IMG/VR virus record: IMGVR_UViG_2563366820_000006
Location: 1-38,853 of that record
Strand: one strand, 5' to 3'
DNA from: a virus
Taxonomy: Duplodnaviria > Heunggongvirae > Uroviricota > Caudoviricetes
Length of the DNA: 38,853 nt
In this document: positions 37,120 to 38,853 of the stretch, one piece after another
Layout of the letters: each line of letters starts with the position of its first letter
Numbering within the stretch: position 1 is the first letter of the stretch
Made by a program: the position numbers and the translations under genes
Notes under the pieces: generated by a model
The model's database searches: none
What the model was told of the DNA's origin: nothing
The model's input: only the letters and a program-made list of their open reading frames with translations

Positions 37120-38853
37120 ATGGCAAATCAAATTACCAAACTAAAAAATATAAATGTTGTGAAGTTTCGCGGACTGAAAAATATAAACATCGAGTTTGGT
37201 TCTCGCCTAACTGTTATTTGTGGTAAAAATGGCACATCTAAATCCACAATTCTTGGCATTATCGCCCAAATATTTAGCTTTACAAAGGACTTTACCAAAA
37301 ACCCTGAGACTGATTTAACACAATATAAAACATTAACAAATGGCAGCTTCAAGTCAGCTTTCAGCGAACATTTTAGGCTTTCAGAACAATTTGATGTTCC
37401 TGGTTCAATGGACGTCAAAATTAGTGTCTATGATGGTGCATCGAACAAACATCTTGAAAAACTAACATTAGGTTTATACAGCTACAGTGACAGAGATAAA
37501 TCAAGGCCTGTAGTCAGGGGAAATGATTCAATACCGGAAAAAAACCAAAGTAGAAACGTTACTCATCCTGTTATTTTTTTAAGCTTAGCACGACTTCTTC
37601 CTATTACATTAAGGACTGATTACTCAACACGGGATGTTCAGTACATCAATGAAAATTCTGATGAAATCAGAATGATGAGTAACCAACTCTTACTAAAAAA
37701 CAATGGAAGCTCAGTAACAGCAACAAAAGGTACTATCGATTCAATGGTTGTCCATGGTGACAATTATGATCACCAATCAGTATCTGTTGGTGAAGATAAT
37801 GTTGGACAATTAATCCAAGCAATTTTTTCATTTAAAAGATTGAAGGAAACTTATTCTGATTATCATGGCGGAATATTGTTAATTGATGAAGCCGATGCAG
37901 GTCTTTTCCCTGCTGCACAGTTAGAGCTAATTAATATTCTAACTAAAGCAGCAAAACAATACGATCTGCAAATAATCATGACCTCGCACTCTCCATTAAT
38001 AATAGAGGATATCTATAATCGTTCAAAACAAGATAGTGATAGCTTTAAAACAATATATCTTACAGACACATATGGAGATATTAAAACAAAGAATAATCTT
38101 TCATGGACAGATATCCACGCTGATTTACATGTTGAAACTGTAAAAATTAATGATGACATTTGTCTTCCAAAGGCAAATGTATATTTTGAAGACAAAGAAG
38201 GTTTCGACTTTTTCAAACAATTGATAACAGATCGTAAAATAAATAAAATATTAAATCCATTAGGGAATATAAATATTAGCTGCTCTGCCATGCTTGACTT
38301 AATGGCAAGAAAAATACCAGAATTTACAGCTAAAAGCTTGATCGTCTTAGACGGTGATGTTGTTCACGACAATAGTGCTAATGCAAAAAAAGCCAAAAAA
38401 GAAAAAAACTTATGTTTGCTTCCAAGCACCTTACCTCCAGACCAAATGATTTTTGAGTTTTTATATAATTTACCACCTGATGATGCATATTGGGAAAATA
38501 AAAATAAATTTACAAAAGCTGTTTTTATGAAAACAGCTAAAGACATAATTGCAACGCTAAAGATTGGTAACGCTCCGATTGATTTAAAAATCCTTATAGA
38601 TAATTATAAAAAAGTTAACAAAAACCATGGCGGGATAGTTAGAAAACTGTTTAAAGATTTTGCACATACGACTCAATTTCAGGCCCAAGTAAAAGGGCGA
38701 GTTAAAGATAACCCATATCGATATTGGGTCGAGAAAAATCCTGTGCAATCGGATAGCTTCAAGAATGAACTAATAAAGAGTCTTAAAGTTATTATGACAA
38801 GTGGACATGGTGTCGATTCTGCTACCATCTCATCATATCTGTCAGATAACTAA
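37120..38853 (+). CDS. ABC-type ATPase fused to a C-terminal TOPRIM-like domain (OLD-family-like; P2 Old / PARIS-like defence candidate)
   Basis: Start taken at MANQITKLKNINVVKF (tracked ORF starts at 37069). Walker A GKNGTSKST; Walker B ILLIDEADAGL; H-loop-like MTSHSP; C-terminal acidic motifs YFEDKEG and LIVLDGD about 45 aa apart. AT-rich; ends at the window edge. Confidence 0.75.
   Translation: MANQITKLKNINVVKFRGLKNINIEFGSRLTVICGKNGTSKSTILGIIAQIFSFTKDFTKNPETDLTQYKTLTNGSFKSAFSEHFRLSEQFDVPGSMDVKISVYDGASNKHLEKLTLGLYSYSDRDKSRPVVRGNDSIPEKNQSRNVTHPVIFLSLARLLPITLRTDYSTRDVQYINENSDEIRMMSNQLLLKNNGSSVTATKGTIDSMVVHGDNYDHQSVSVGEDNVGQLIQAIFSFKRLKETYSDYHGGILLIDEADAGLFPAAQLELINILTKAAKQYDLQIIMTSHSPLIIEDIYNRSKQDSDSFKTIYLTDTYGDIKTKNNLSWTDIHADLHVETVKINDDICLPKANVYFEDKEGFDFFKQLITDRKINKILNPLGNINISCSAMLDLMARKIPEFTAKSLIVLDGDVVHDNSANAKKAKKEKNLCLLPSTLPPDQMIFEFLYNLPPDDAYWENKNKFTKAVFMKTAKDIIATLKIGNAPIDLKILIDNYKKVNKNHGGIVRKLFKDFAHTTQFQAQVKGRVKDNPYRYWVEKNPVQSDSFKNELIKSLKVIMTSGHGVDSATISSYLSDN

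Larger units (their letters stand above)
1061..38853. mobile_element. Mosaic temperate prophage adjacent to ssrA (lambdoid regulation and lysis, HK97-type head, Mu-like contractile tail, invertible tail-fibre module); boundaries not determined
   Basis: Continuous set of phage genes from the invertase to int plus cargo; intact ssrA at the left; no second copy of the ssrA 3' end found inside the window, so the right end probably lies beyond 38853. Confidence 0.8.

Noticed and set aside
1-38853. CRISPR arrays, additional tRNA genes, IS elements or transposases
   Set aside because: No regularly spaced short direct repeats, no tRNA-like T-arm sequence apart from the tmRNA tRNA-like domain, and no transposase-like ORF seen on manual reading.

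Overview
The window opens with chromosomal smpB and an intact tmRNA gene (ssrA, 698..1060); everything downstream reads as one mosaic temperate prophage in inverted orientation, about 37.8 kb. After ssrA comes a small AT-rich cargo cassette, then a Pin/Gin-family DNA invertase with a rearranged tail-fibre cassette, a Mu-like contractile-tail module, an HK97-type head module, a lambda-like lysis cassette, and a lambdoid regulatory/replication region ending in xis and int. The strongest candidates for accessory or defence functions are a solitary RelA/SpoT-domain protein in the Q-to-holin gap (CapRel-like fused toxSAS candidate), an ATPase plus TOPRIM-like protein after int (P2 Old / PARIS-like), the ssrA-proximal cassette of unknown function with a probable frameshift, and a secreted moron inside the tail operon. 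All calls rest on reading the six-frame translations and the DNA by eye; no searches were run, and self-derived coordinates may be off by a few nt. No second att copy is visible, so the prophage boundaries are unresolved.
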